Source: the human T2T-CHM13v2.0 reference genome, Homo sapiens
NCBI RefSeq assembly: GCF_009914755.1
Contig: NC_060925.1
Length of the DNA stretch: 64,000 nt
Reading direction: 5' to 3' (one strand)
Positions 1 through 16,219 of this stretch are shown here, in pieces. The translations under genes were made by a program, and so were the position numbers. Each line of letters starts with the position of its first letter. Within the stretch, counting starts at the first letter, position 1. Below the pieces are notes generated by a model. It did no database searches and was not told where the DNA came from. It saw nothing but the letters and a program-made list of their open reading frames with translations.

Positions 1-73
1 CCCAGGGTTCCCGCCAGCAGGGAGAAAACCCTTACGCTGAGCATTGCATGTGTTTGAAGTATGAAGCGGTTGA

Positions 74-368
74 GGCTGGGCACAGTGGCTCAAGCCTGTA
101 ACCCTGCACTTTGGGAGGTCAAGGTGGGAGGATCACTTGAGGCCAGGAGTTCAAGACTGAGCAACATGGCAAGACCCCATCTCTACAAAAAAAAAAAAAA
201 TTAAGTTAGCCAAGTGTGCTGGTGCACACCTGTAGGCCCAGCTACTCAGGAGACTGAGGCTGGAGGATTACTTCAGCCCAGGAGGTCCAGGCTGCAGTGA
301 GCTATCATCATGCCACTACACTCCAGCCTGGGCCACAGAGCAAGACCCTGTCTCAGAAAACAAAAAAA
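74..368 (+). mobile_element. Alu, AluJ-like
   Basis: Dimeric Alu with J-type motifs (ggaggattacttcagcccaggaggtccaggctgcagtgagctat), A-rich linker and tail; flanks share ggttga. Confidence 0.9.
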
Positions 369-1057
369 GAATTGGTTGACATTACTGGAATGCTGCGTGC
401 TAATTTGAGCAGGGGAATGACAGCATTGGCCACACACAAAAAATTAAAAAATAATTGAATCCCACCCTAGATACCTTATTCCAAGCCCAGTGATGTTCCC
501 AGGGCCCAGTACATAGCAATGCAGACGGACTTTCTGTTGCCAAAGACTACAGCAGGGATCTAGTGGTATCTAAGAAAAGGAGGATGAATGGAAAATATCT
601 TGGTTTTAGCCTCCCTAGGATGCTAGTGGGTCAATAACTATAGTCTCAATCTATGTGGACTCTAATTCAATTGGGAAAAATCTCCTCTGCCATGGTTAAT
701 TCCAGTATGAGCTAAACCATGGAGGCTAGGGTTGGCAGCGGTGGTGGTCTCAGTCACCTATCTCACTCGAGGTACCATTCTTCCCCATCCAACGTATTCA
801 AAATCTCTTCATTTCTTTTTCCCCTTGAACCCTAGGTGAGAGGGCTCCAGTTCTTCATTCGCAGGTAGCTCAGTCTAGTGCAAACCTCTCCACAGTGGCA
901 AGTCCAAGTCCTTTGCCACCATCACAATTGCTGGTGCAGCAGCCTGTCCTGTGGGATTGCTGGGGCTTGACCCTGCCTCTAAGGAAAGATCCCCATCCCT
1001 ACCCCATATTTATTTCAGCTGGAAAATTGTGCTCCATGGATTCCTGAATGGAAGCAC

Positions 1058-1722
<665 letters not shown>

Positions 1723-3229
1723 TTAGAATTACCTGGGCAATGTCCATCCTCTGCTTCATTTTCCCCTGTTTTTCCTCACTTTTAATTTTTATCTGCTGTA
1801 TTTATTGGCTATGGTTAGTCATCCTAAAGCTGAGATTCTGGCTCAGGAATTCATCTCGTCTCCTCAGCCATGGGGTTGGGGGTCTCTCATTCTGGGAGGG
1901 GGCGCTGTCCTAAGTCCTTTAGATGCCCTGACTACTTCAAATCTCACAACAACATCAAAGGGTGGATTAGATCAGCATTTTGCAGCTAAAAAAGAAAGAA
2001 GCTAAAAGAAGTTAAATAATGTGCCCAAGAGCTTCCAGCTAAAAAGTACCTGAAAAGAAGTTAGAACCCATTTCTGTCACCACCACATTATAACCTAAAA
2101 CCTGGAACAGAGGCAGGACCAGGAGCTGCAGGATAGCAGGAGAGAGTAGGGGACCTGTGGTTTGAGCTCTGCACTGTAAGTAAACAGGATACCCACTCAG
2201 AAGCTTGTCCACAGGACAAACTGTGGTTAAGATTGTTCTCAACAAGCCCTGGTAGCATTGACTGAATAGCAGCCATGCGCTGAGACCTGCTGTAAGCACT
2301 TTGGACATCTCCCCTTTCAATCTTCATACAACACTCCATCTTACAGAGGAGGGCACTGAGACTGAGAAGACTAGGTCACTAGCTCAAGATCACACCATTG
2401 GTAACTGGCAGAGCAGGGACATGACCTCTGATCTTTCTGGTCCAAAGCCCAGGTATAAGGCACCACACAGTGCCATCGTCACAGCTATAGAATGAGAAAG
2501 TGGCAAAGGCCAAGAGGGAGAATGGGAAGGAGCAATCCAGCAGGACGTGTTCAGATACTTTCTGTGTCTGTGCTAACCAACAGATAACTGGAAGGTGTCC
2601 TCCATCACCAAGATGAATCTGCAGAGTATACATGGTCATCTGACTGTATTGCTGGACTCTTTCTTCCCTTTTAAAAACACAAACAAAGAGGAGCCAAGGC
2701 AAGGGCTCTGGATGCCACTGGCTTAGCAAATCTACTAAATGCACATCCTGGATTGAAGTCACTGCTTAGGGATTCCCAACAACTCTTGACTGGACACCAG
2801 CCCCAGAGAGGAAGTAATAGATTATTGGCACAGGAATGGCCCTGTACAGAATAGCAGGCAACAGAAGCAAAATGGTCCAACACGGAGTTGGGCGAGGGCA
2901 GGCACAAGGGACCCCAGGCAACCCAAACAAGACGCCTGACTCCCTCACCTCTCCAGCCCTGCACAGGCAAGCACACTTCTTTGCTTCTCAACCCCCATGA
3001 CATTCACACGTGACTGATGGGCAAGGTCATGCTTCTGCCTCCTGTCATGGAGTTTGAGAACTGGAGGAAGCTAGAATGCATCTTACCCAATCCCCTTATT
3101 ATACAGATGGGGAAACTAAGACCCAAAGAAGAGACTTGCAGGGAGGTTTTCGTGGTAGAATCTGATCTGCATTGAAGACTTCTTAGCTCCTGGCCTGACA
3201 CATGGTCCACGACAATGTTGATGACTATG

Positions 3230-3480
3230 TGGGTTGTAAGTAACAGAAATCCAATTCAAATGAGCTTTAACCAAAAGGGACTGATTAGCTCCCATAACTA
3301 GAAAATTCAAGGAGGTGATGGCTTCAGTAATGCCTGATTTCAAGAACACAGACCATGCCATGAGGACTTAGTCTCTCCTCCTTTTCTCTGATGTCTTCTG
3401 GTTTGGCTTCATTATCAAGTAAGCTGCCCCACGAGTTGCTGGAATGGCTGCTGGCCATCCTGGATTCCTCTCCTTGTATC
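3230..3480 (-). mobile_element. Old MLT1-type MaLR LTR fragment
   Basis: ggttgtaagtaacagaaatccaattcaaatgagcttta resembles the reverse end of old MLT1 (K/L/M) LTRs. Confidence 0.5.
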
Positions 3481-4462
3481 TGGCCTTATCCACCTCTACC
3501 ACTTTGCTTTAGTTGTTTGCGTCTTTTCCTAGAGACTTAGAAATTTTACAGAACCAGAATATTTTGCCATCACCCTCAGAAACCTGGATGATGCTCTTGC
3601 ACTGACCTTGAGCTTAAAGCTTCTTAATTTGGGTGGTGATTGGGGTCCATGCCTCCCTGGGCAGCAGGAATAGGAATATTGTCCTAAATGAAACTCTATG
3701 CAAAATAGTGTGTGCTTATACATATGGAATTTTTCGGGAGGAGAGAGTAGTATAAAGCTTTTCACACCTTGGAACACATGTTCCCCAAGAGGGAAAGAAC
3801 TAGTAAAACCAAAATTCACTATGGAGATTGTTTCAATAATTTCATGTAGGATGAGGGCTGACTTTGAATTTTATGGTCTTCAATCAGTACTACCTAGAAA
3901 CAATGAATGTTTTCAAGATCAGGGATCATCCGGTTTGCTGCTTTCTGAACAATGGGCTGATACCAAGCGATGATTCCTCCCTGACTTCATCTCGGTTATT
4001 TCAAATGCATTTGGAGAAATTTGTGAGTTTAATGAGCCCCTTCTGACTCTAAGTTTGAGAAAAATGAGGGGATACATTCCCAGATTCAAGTAAAATCATG
4101 GTAAAAGGAATTTTACCCAGTTTTTAACTCTTAATGGCCCCTTTCAGGAGGGTTTTATGGTTTTGTGCCTGTCTCCAACTTGGTGCTCCAATTTGCTCAC
4201 CCTGTGCAAATGCTTTCATGCAAATCTTAGCCACAGCATGCTCTGGGAGCTTCAGGAGATGCTGGGGAGAGTGCTGCCCCCCCGCCTGCAGTCTCTCTCT
4301 GCCTGTCATCCAACCACACCTGTCCTTTCTTTTCTTGGCCGGTCTTCATCCCTCTTGCTTCACATTTAATTTCTGTTTTCTGAGCTTCCAAATGATTTGA
4401 GGAATAGGATGCTGTTTCATGATAAGCTAGCACAGGGCACCTGATATAAACAGAGCTGCTGT

Positions 4463-4880
<418 letters not shown>

Positions 4881-4952
4881 TCAAGTGTGGGGAAGGAGGG
4901 GTAGGCTGTTTGAAATTGCAAAGGAAAGACTGAGAAGAGGGTGCTTGGCTGC

Positions 4953-5375
4953 TGATATAGTTTGGATGTCATCCCCTCTAAATCTCATGTTGAATTGTAA
5001 TCCACAGTGTTGGAGGTGGGGCCTGGTAGGAGGTGACTGGATGGTCGTCCTAGGTTTCTGATGAATGGTTTAGTGTCATCCTCTCGGTGCTGTCCTCCCG
5101 ATAGTGAGCCAGCTCTCACAAGATCTGGCTGTGTAAAAGTGTGCAGCATCTTCCCCTCACTTTCTTGCTCCCTCTCACACCATGTGACATGCCTGCCCCA
5201 ACTTCACCTTCTGCCATGAATAAAAACTCCCTGAAGCCTCCCCAGAAGCTGAGCAGATGCTGGCACCATGCTTCCTATACAGCATGCAGAACCACGAGCC
5301 AATCAAACCTCTTTTCTCTATAAATTACCTAGTCTCAGGCCTTTCTTTATAGTAATGCAAGAATGGCCTAACACA
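4953..5375 (+). mobile_element. MST (MSTA/B-like) MaLR solo LTR
   Basis: Starts tgatatagtttggatg...aaatctcatgttgaattgtaatcc, ends cctaacaca; 5-bp TSD gctgc/gttgc. Confidence 0.85.
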
Positions 5376-5658
5376 GTTGCTAAGTACCCCACAAGGACTG
5401 TCCAAAACACAAACCCAGCCCCCTCAGAGACTAGGCTCTGAAACAGTGTCATCTACCCATGATTCATACCTACTGGGTGGGAATTATATTGGTACCTCAA
5501 AAAGGCAATCAGTAAGAATGTAGACTTAGATTGCTTATCTAAGCGCCCAGCTCAGGGCTTACTTTCTGTGGGAGCACATGGTTACAGACAACAGAAACCA
5601 ACAGCTGAGACTGAGTTTCTGGAAGGTCTCAGGCCCACAGAATTGATGGGAGGCGAGA

Positions 5659-6395
<737 letters not shown>

Positions 6396-7067
6396 AACTT
6401 TGAATGGGTAGACTAAGGAAAGCTGATGGCCACTGACCTGGCCAGGCAACCTTGAAAAGCACTCTCTGAACTTCCATTTTCTTTTCTGTTTGAAATCCTT
6501 ACCTAGGGCCTCTGGTGAGCACAGGCATCTCATTACACATCTAGTCACTTTACAGTGAGTTCCATTTTTAAAAAATAAGTTTGGTTTTGCTTTTATCCAA
6601 GAGAATGCATTTATCAAAGCCTGGTCAATCTGGGCTGCAAGGACAGGCAAAAGGCGCTCAGTCACAATATACCTTGAGGGTTTGGATTTATGACTCTTCA
6701 TCAAGACCCTCCAGGTATATATAGCAAGTGGCCATTTGGCTGAGGCAGGACCTTGAGTGGCAGGCACTGTGGAATTGGCATACAGGGAAGAGTCAGATGG
6801 AAAGTGCCTAAACCTAGAAGACAGCCAGCGCAACAGCCTCACTCCTGGACTCTTCTCTATCCATGTGTGAAGACACTCTAGTTAAGTTGCCCTTGACCGC
6901 ATTTTATGAGGAAATTGATATGCTACGGTGAGGACCAAGCATCAAGGGATTCCCAGGAGTCTTGGGAAATAGCCGCCTTTCTTGAGCTCTGCTGCTGGGG
7001 TTGTAGACTCAAATGCATACAGGAGCCAGACAAGCCACAGTAATGAGTAAAGCAGGCCAGGAATTAA

Positions 7068-7410
<343 letters not shown>

Positions 7411-7636
7411 AAAATAGGCCTCTCTTTTACTCTGCTTTTTATTCTCCCATTTTTGATAGCAACATGAGTAAAGGGAAATGTGTCTCTATTATAAGAGATT
7501 TTTTTAAAAGTGTTCCTTAGCTGTAATACAAAGGTAATAATCAAGAGTACAAATTTTCAATTATTGCTTAATTAAAAACAATAACTTCAACAACAAACAC
7601 AAGGTGAATGCCAAATTTAGTCTAAAAAAAGTACTA

Positions 7637-8009
<373 letters not shown>

Positions 8010-8442
8010 TCAATCTGCCATAAGCCCAATCCAAGAATATAAATGGGGGTAGGAGAGAAACCACATAGAACTTCCACTATGGCATCTTCTATTACCATAT
8101 TCAACAAAGACATAAAAGGCCTTGCAAAAAAGAACTTTTACAGCATGTATTTTTAGGACAATATTATAGTGAGGTTCTGGTATATTTCACAGGCAATGAG
8201 CCTTTTCTTTCAACTGGACAATAGGGTGGTATAAACCAATATAGGAAATCCTCCATGGAGCTTTACAGAAGTGAGAAATTTTGGATTAATTTTCTCTCTG
8301 TGCAGCAAGGAGCTAGGAGAAAGAGATATCACTTCTCCAAGGCATGGAAAGAGAGGGGTTTGATTGTTATTTTGTTTTGTTTGGGAGGTGTTTTTCTCCA
8401 ATGAGTTGTTGAAATCTAGAGAACATAAAAGAAAAAATGAGG

Positions 8443-8672
8443 ATCTGATTTACACTTACACACATTCAACACCATTTAGTATTTATTAACAACCATATAT
8501 CCATTCAATTGTCAAATTCTAACCATGTGCTGAGAGTATCATCTTTATTTGTTTCTGATTTACAAGTTTTCTCTCCTCAATTAGAGTCCAATAAGCAACT
8601 TGAGGACAAAGATATCATGTCTCACTGTCTTCAGAATTCCCCACCTCTTCTGGAACTTTCCATCCTGCATTA
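8443..8672 (+). repeat. Local duplication, donor copy (~230 bp)
   Basis: Aligns by eye to 9326-9566 with ~14 substitutions and one 11-bp indel. Confidence 0.95.
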
Positions 8673-8938
8673 TAATCACATGTGTAATAGCTGCCCCTTG
8701 AAGAGAGGATGCATTTGTTCATCTCTGTGTCCTATCCCATGGGCATTGCCTTTACCATAGTTAGTGAGAGGCCAGGAAATGTTACTTGGCTGAATACATA
8801 AATGAATTCTACTGACCTTGGGGCATATACATTATTGAGGATAGCAGTGGTACTCATGAATGTTCACTAACAAACAAATAATCTCTGGACTGTGAAGGTG
8901 TTGGCCATGCTTGGTCAGGGAAGAAAATAAGAGAGGTG

Positions 8939-9612
8939 TGTATTAGTTATCCATTGCTTCATAACACATTACCTCCAAGATCTTAGCAGCTTAAAACAAC
9001 AAGCATATATTTAATATTATCTCAGAGTTTCTGAGGGTTAGGAATCTGGGTGTGGCTCAATGGGATGCCTCAGGCTCAGCATCTCTCATGAGGTTGCAGT
9101 CAAGCTTGCAGGCACCTGAAGGCTTGACCAGGGCCAGAAGCAGGAAGCCTCCATTCCTCACCTTGTGGGCTTCTCCATAGAGCTGCTCATGACTTAGCAA
9201 TGAGCTTCCCCAGAGAAAGAGATCCAAGAAAAAGCGAGAGAGGGTCCAGGATGGAAGCCAACATCTTTTATGCTCTAGTCTCAGAAATGACATCGCAATG
9301 TGGGAGGGAGCTGCATAAGGAGTGAATCTGATTCATACTTACACAAATTCCACACCATTTAGTATTTATTAACAACCATATATCCATTCAGTTATCATAA
9401 AAATATCAAATTCTAACCATGTCCTGAGAGTATCATCTCTATTTGTTTCTGATTTACAAGTTTTCTCTCCTCAATTCAAATCCAATAAGCAACTTGAGGA
9501 CAGAGATATCATGTCTCACTGTCTTCAGAATTCCCCAGCTCTTCTGGAACTTTCCATCCTGTATTACAGAATACCGGGATGCGGGGATCACTGCGGGCCA
9601 TCTTGGAGGCTG
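8939..9612 (-). mobile_element. MLT1 (E/F-like) LTR interrupted by a non-LTR insertion
   Basis: Begins tgtattagttatccattgc...agcttaaaacaac, ends ggggatcactgcgggccatcttggaggctgc; LTR text gagtgaat|accgggatgcgggg is split by the 9326-9568 insert. Confidence 0.75.
9326..9566 (+). repeat. Local duplication, inserted copy (~240 bp)
   Basis: Direct copy of 8443-8672; gaat flanks both sides (9324-9327, 9569-9572). Confidence 0.95.
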
Positions 9613-10934
9613 CGTTTGTTAAATTGGGATACTCAGTGTTCCAGTGTTGTTTGCAAAGAGGCTTTGAGACCCCTACCTTAGGAAACATAAAATTATCTTT
9701 TCTACCAGAATTGGGAATTTTGACATATTTGCATGAATATGGACAGTGATCTGAAAGAAAAAATAATTCTGTAAGTTGACCTGGCATGTGGTGTTCCAGA
9801 AGAGACACTGAGGTGACAGCCTCTGCCTCCAACCTCACAGGACCAACCTGAAGCTCTTGATCTACCTGCCCCTTCAGAAATAAGCTTGCCACTCAAACAT
9901 GAGGAGTTACTCTAACCAGAGGAATTCTTCAGGATCCAACTCCTCAAGGAAAGGACTGTGCCCATTTATGCCCCTCTGGCTCAGAGGGAGTTTGACTGTG
10001 AATGCAAAATGGTCATTTTCTGTGAACTTTCTGAAGACATATTTTGCTGAAAAAGAAATGTCCCTTAGAGATAGCACTCAGTGAATTATTGTGGAGTGAA
10101 CAAGAGGCCACAAGTCAGATGCTATCTCAACAGACCAAAATTGCAGATGTTAGTTTGGTCCTGAATATTGGTGCTGACTCAAGAAGATAGATTTAAAAAT
10201 GAATATCACCAAGATTTCAAGACAAGCTGTGAGTTTAAAATGCCTCATGAAAAGTGCATGAGCATGCGTTTATATAAATGTGCACCTTCGTATTTGTGTG
10301 TTAGTTATCCATTACTATGTAACACATTGCCCCCCAAACCCTAGCAGCTTAAAACAACAAGCAAGTATTATCTGACACTTTCTGAGCATCAGTGTTCTTC
10401 TACTTCCCTTGTGGACCTGATCAGATTTCGTGATAATTACATGTTCATTAAAGTCTTTTCTGATAGCCTGGAGATTCCCTGAAGACAGAAATGGGTCTCT
10501 CTTGTTTACGGAGGTCTCTCCAGTATTTGGTAGGAATAGTACTCTTAGTAGATATTCGAAAAATATTTGTTGAGTTTTTTTTTTATGTTGAAGCTTTTAT
10601 TTGTAGACGTTTATACCTGTTCTTACAAGATATGTATTGTCTGGCATGTATAGATTTTTAATTCATGTAGGTGACGTTGTATTATAGATCTCACAGTTTC
10701 TTATTTTTTAATTCAGCACAGTGTTGCAAGATCCATCCACATTGCTATGCGGCCTCCATATGTTACTTCTAATATCTGCAAAATATTACATGGTATGCAA
10801 GCACTGTATTTCACTTAAGCAGATTATCTCCCTTCTTCTCCACAAACAAAGCACCGATGAGCATTCTTATATGCACCCTTTCATAGGGGTATGTTAAAAT
10901 TTTTCTTAAGGTTATATGCCCACAGGTAAAATTA

Positions 10935-11328
<394 letters not shown>

Positions 11329-11866
11329 TCACGTATTTCCACTTTACCACCAAACTCGGCATTATCCAAGGCCTAAATTTTGCTAATATAGTGATAATTC
11401 ACTGTGGTTTATTTTGCCTTACTAATAAATTTAAGCATCTCTTCATATGCATGTTAACCCTATAGAGTTTCTCTTCTCTAAAATACCTGTTCGTTCCTTT
11501 CCCAATTTCTCTACCAGGGTTGCCTGTTTTCTTCTTGATTAGTAGAAGTTATTTGTACATCTATATTCTATATGTACAATTCAAGATATTTGCAGTTTTA
11601 CTCAATACAAATTTCTTCTTTCTGTCATCTGCTAACTTTATTCATAATGTCCATTTTTGAACAGAAATAATTCATGCACGTGGCCCTTTCTATTTTATTT
11701 TATTGGTTTCATTGTTCTTGTACCTTACAGCTTTTATTATTTATTATAGTACATTTTAAATTTTTCAAGTAAGTTATCAAGTTCTTGGAAAAAAATCAAA
11801 CTGAAATTTTTATTGGTTTTCAATGAATTTATAGATTAAGGAGGATTGTTATCACTATAAGATTAG

Positions 11867-12276
<410 letters not shown>

Positions 12277-13404
12277 GACGTATAGTATATTCTTAAACAA
12301 ATTCTCAATTATGTTATAGTTTTTGTTGATATTTTGAATGACATCTTATTTTTTATAAAACTGTCTATTTGATTATTGATGCTATAAAAAATTCTAATGG
12401 TTGAGAGTTTATCATATTTCTAGCAACCTTGCTAAACTCTTTATTCATTGAGAGCTTACCATATTTCTAACAACTATGAAAAACTCTTCATTAGTTCTAA
12501 TAGTTTGTTGATTATCATGGTCTTTCTAGGTATAAAGTAATCTCTTCTGAAAGTAATCGCAGTTTTATTTTTTCCCTTTCAATTCTTCCATCTCTTCTTT
12601 CTTTCTTTTCCTTGTAATCTTGGCCAGTGCTATGACAAACAGCAATGGTAATGGTGGTTATTCTCGTCTTGTTCTTGTCTTAGAGATAGAATAAATTCTA
12701 GCCGCAGGATGGTCTGAGTAGCCCCTTTTCTCCGGGGAGGCTCTTGAGGAGAGTCTGCTGCTGTAAAGGTGCTGGGACCTCCACTTATGGCTCATAATCT
12801 TTCTAAAAACTTCTGTTCAAACATGTTAATTTACATTTGCTGGTGGCGTTCAAGGGTTCTCATTTTGTCAAGAACATTTGGAAGTGGCAGACACTTCATT
12901 TAAATTTGTTATTCATGGGGTCAGAGACTCCGTGCCCATGATGGGATATTTTAGCACAACGGGTGCCATGATTATGAAGAATTTAGGCAAAATGATACTT
13001 TTTTTCCATATTCAATAAATATTTGTTGAATGAATGAGTGAAGAAATAATCCTAGAAATACATCTAACTTAAAATTGGACTCAGTCTTTGGAGGGTCTTA
13101 AGTTAGCCAACTCTGAAAAAATCTCAACTTGAAGAAGAGGGAAGCTATGGCAACCCTTGTTTCCTTTTTGTTTGTCAAACTGGGTGGCCCCGTTACTTGC
13201 TTCCTGCCTGGCAGCTTCAGTGATTGGACTCCCCCAAGCTTTGGCCCATTTCCTCAGCTTAAATCCAGAGAGAAATAGACACCACTGAACACGCAGGCTT
13301 CCTGTGCTCACTAGGAGGGTATCTTCATATACTTTGCCATTTCCCCCTACCCTGTTATGTCAGACCTCCTGCTGGCCTAGGAGTTAAGATTCAAGGGGGA
13401 TATG

Positions 13405-13440
13405 GTGTGTGTGCGCGTGTGTGTGTGTGTGTGTGTGTAT
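13405..13440 (+). repeat. (TG)n microsatellite with short CG interruption
   Basis: gtgtgtgtgcgcgtgtgtgtgtgtgtgtgtgtgtat read directly. Confidence 0.95.
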
Positions 13441-13667
13441 ACATGCCCACACACATTTGCACAAGCCCATGTGTGTATGAATGCAGTTTCCAGCATCTTT
13501 TGCTTCTCCACAGTGAGCTAAGGCTCTTTGTGTGATTAATGTGAGGCAGAAATTGTGGCCAAGGGGAAAAAAAAAAGGCAGCTCTGCACTCTTCCCCCAA
13601 TCAGATTAACGTGGGGTAGAGAGGATTTAAATCAAAGATGGCGCATCGTTTTTATCTATTATCCCAG

Positions 13668-13790
13668 TTGCAATCAATTGGTATTGGCTGCCTGGACTGC
13701 TGCGTCATGAAGGATTCTGAGGCTGGGTTCCAGCCTATCTGGAAAGCATGCCACAACCAATTAACCATGTCTCCCCTGGGCACAGGACGG
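13668..13790 (+). other. Candidate 123-nt internal exon (unverified)
   Basis: Acceptor tttttatctattatcccag|, donor CGG|gtgagt, length divisible by 3, open only in phase 0; no recognisable protein homology. Confidence 0.25.
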
Positions 13791-15380
13791 GTGAGTAGCA
13801 ACTCACAAGCCAAATGTAAGCTGCAGCAGGAGATGTTGGTCCAGTATGCCTAGAGCAATGGAAGAACTGGAATGTTCTAACCTCCGAGGGCAAACAAGGG
13901 CCCTTGTCTATTGCAAAAGAAACATATACTTAAATAGCATCTGTAAACAGAATCATTGGGTGGTATTTTCACAATAGAAAGGAAGAAAGGAAAGAAAGGC
14001 AAGATTTTGGCTGCTGTCACCCATGTTTTAATTTCTGTGGGATTTTTTTTCTCTTTCTTTCTTTCTTGCATTCATGTGAGCCCATGGAAACCAAAGCCCC
14101 CTGAGTAATAAATACTTAACTAGTAGAGTAAGCTTTAGGCAGGTGATACCGTCAGAGCAGAAATAGCAAATCAGTATTCCCTTACCCACCAGCTCCAATC
14201 AATTAATAGAAGCTTATCTCCAGCTCCTGGATTTCTGATCCTGGAAGGTGTTTGGATGCCCAAGCCTGGGCCTGGTCGACTGGCACTGTGTCTATGCATT
14301 GGTGTAGCATCACCATTCTGACAGGTATCAAAGGGCACCTATAACCCACAAGACACCATCTGGCCAAGAACTCTGGGACACATAGTTCCCCTCTGACTTT
14401 TCTAACCAACTCCATGCTGGATGTCGGGCTTGGGCATCCCCACCAAGCTGCCCCCAAGGCACTGGGCATTGTCTGAGGCTTCCCTTATTCACATGGGCAA
14501 GTGTGCTAAGCCCAGCTGGCAGGCCCTACACACAGCTTGGCAGCAGCCGGGAGCTTGAGCAAGGCGGTGAGGATCCAGGCTTGGGGCTGTTCACTCCCTG
14601 GGGATGTTGGCTTCTCTCTCTGGTTCTGCTCAGCCTTCCAGGGCCACCAGCACCAGACTCATCTTAGACCCCAAACAAGTTTCCCCAGGCATGTCTGTGA
14701 ACCTGTGCCCTGATCACTCAGTAATTACTGCAGGCCTGGGATACTCCTCTCCTCCTCTATGACAATCTTTCCCCTAATGTACTTTAAGTCACTGTCTGGG
14801 ATACCCCATCATCCCCACACATCAACCAGAAGTCCCATGGTTGACTGAAGAAGATAAGGAGTCCCTTCCTCATCAGGGTCCTTTGGTCAGAAAATCAGAA
14901 ATAGAGGCTCCTTGGGAAAACAGAGATACTTCACTTTCCCACGGCATTTTACAGTTCACCAAGAGCATTTTAGCAAGTGTGATCTAATCACAAATTTGAT
15001 CTCATTAAAGCACAAAGTATCTTCAAGATAAGGAGTTTATACTCATTTTTCCTTCTGAGAACTGAGTCTCAGAAATGTGAAAGAACTTTCCTGAGCCCAT
15101 GCAGCATGCTAAGGACAGAGGCCAGGCTCAAACCTAGAGTATCTGGACCCTGCGCTGTCGTCTGCCTGCCATAACCAGGCTGGCTAGTTGGACTTTTTAT
15201 CTGTCGCTATGGTGGCTATAAGTTTTGGAGCCTTGTGAAATTTGTCACTGCTTTTTAAACCCACAGAAATCCCATTTCCTCACTGGGACCTGGAATCCAG
15301 CAACAGCATCCGCCCTTGAGTTCAGCATTACCCTTTCCTGGCTGCCATCTCTTTCACAGGGTTCAAAATTTCTGGGAGGG

Positions 15381-15741
15381 TGATGTGGTTTGGCTGTATC
15401 CCCACCCAAATCTCATCTTGAATTATAGCTCCCATAATTCCCTCATGTTGTAGGAGGGACCCAGTGAGAGATGATTGAATCATGGGGGGCAGTTCCCGCA
15501 TACTGTTCTGTGGTGGTGAATAAGTCTCACGAGATCTGATGGTTTTATAAGGGGAAACCCCTTTCACTTGGCTCTCATTCTGTCTTGTCTGCCACCATGT
15601 AAGTCGTGCCTTTCACCTTCTGCCATGATTGTGAAGCCTCCCCAGCCACATGGAACTGTGAGTCCATCAAACCTTTTTTTCTTTATAAATTACCCAGTCT
15701 CAGGTATGTCTTTATCAGCAGTGTGAAAACGGACTAATACA
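15381..15741 (+). mobile_element. THE1 (C-like) MaLR solo LTR
   Basis: tgatgtggtttggctgtatccccacccaaatctcatcttgaatt ... ggactaataca; perfect 5-bp TSD gaggg. Confidence 0.9.
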
Positions 15742-16088
15742 GAGGGATAAGACATTAAGATAATTAGAATTTAAGTGCAATTAGTTTATTTGCTTCCCTC
15801 TTCTGAACTGAGGGGACAAGACATGACTAAAGCCAGCACTGCCGAGAGGGGTGGTGACTGGCAGGTGGTGTGGTTACACAAATGAACCCCACCTATTTCT
15901 TCACCTTGCCCTAGAAGTCACCATCCAGGTATATCCAAAATTGTGTATACCCTGCATGTAGCCAGGAAGGGGTTAAAATAAATTAAGAAAACAGAAACTG
16001 AAAACATTCCTGGGAGGGACCTGCTTGACACTGAGGCCATCAGCCTAAGATACTCTCCCAAAAGTCTCCCCTTGGGAAAACAAAAATA

Positions 16089-16169
16089 TGAATTCTCTCC
16101 TGGGTGATATGGTTTGGCTGTGTCCCCACCCAAATTTCATCTTGAATTATAGCTCCCACAATTTCCATG
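16089..16169 (+). repeat. Inverted copy of 17016-17096 (MER66/THE1 junction)
   Basis: tgaattctctcctggg|tgatatggtttggctgtgtcc...aatttccatg is the reverse complement of 17016-17096 with ~4 mismatches and includes the host-LTR flank. Confidence 0.88.
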
Positions 16170-16219
16170 AAAATGGGAATATTTCCTATTTCCAGTTTCC
16201 TAGAATATTGTTCTAGGAT

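Noticed and set aside
1890-1910. CTCF-like motif ctgggagggggcgctg (also ccaccaggggcg on the minus strand near 33270)
   Set aside because: Each mismatches core positions of the consensus; not supportable without ChIP data.
8939-10390. Similarity between MLT1 ends at 8939 and 10297 as another local duplication
   Set aside because: Divergence is high and compatible with two independent MLT1 copies; cannot be separated without a consensus alignment.
16105-16169. Independent third THE1 insertion
   Set aside because: It carries the MER66-like flank of the 16713-17080 THE1, so it is a local inverted copy.
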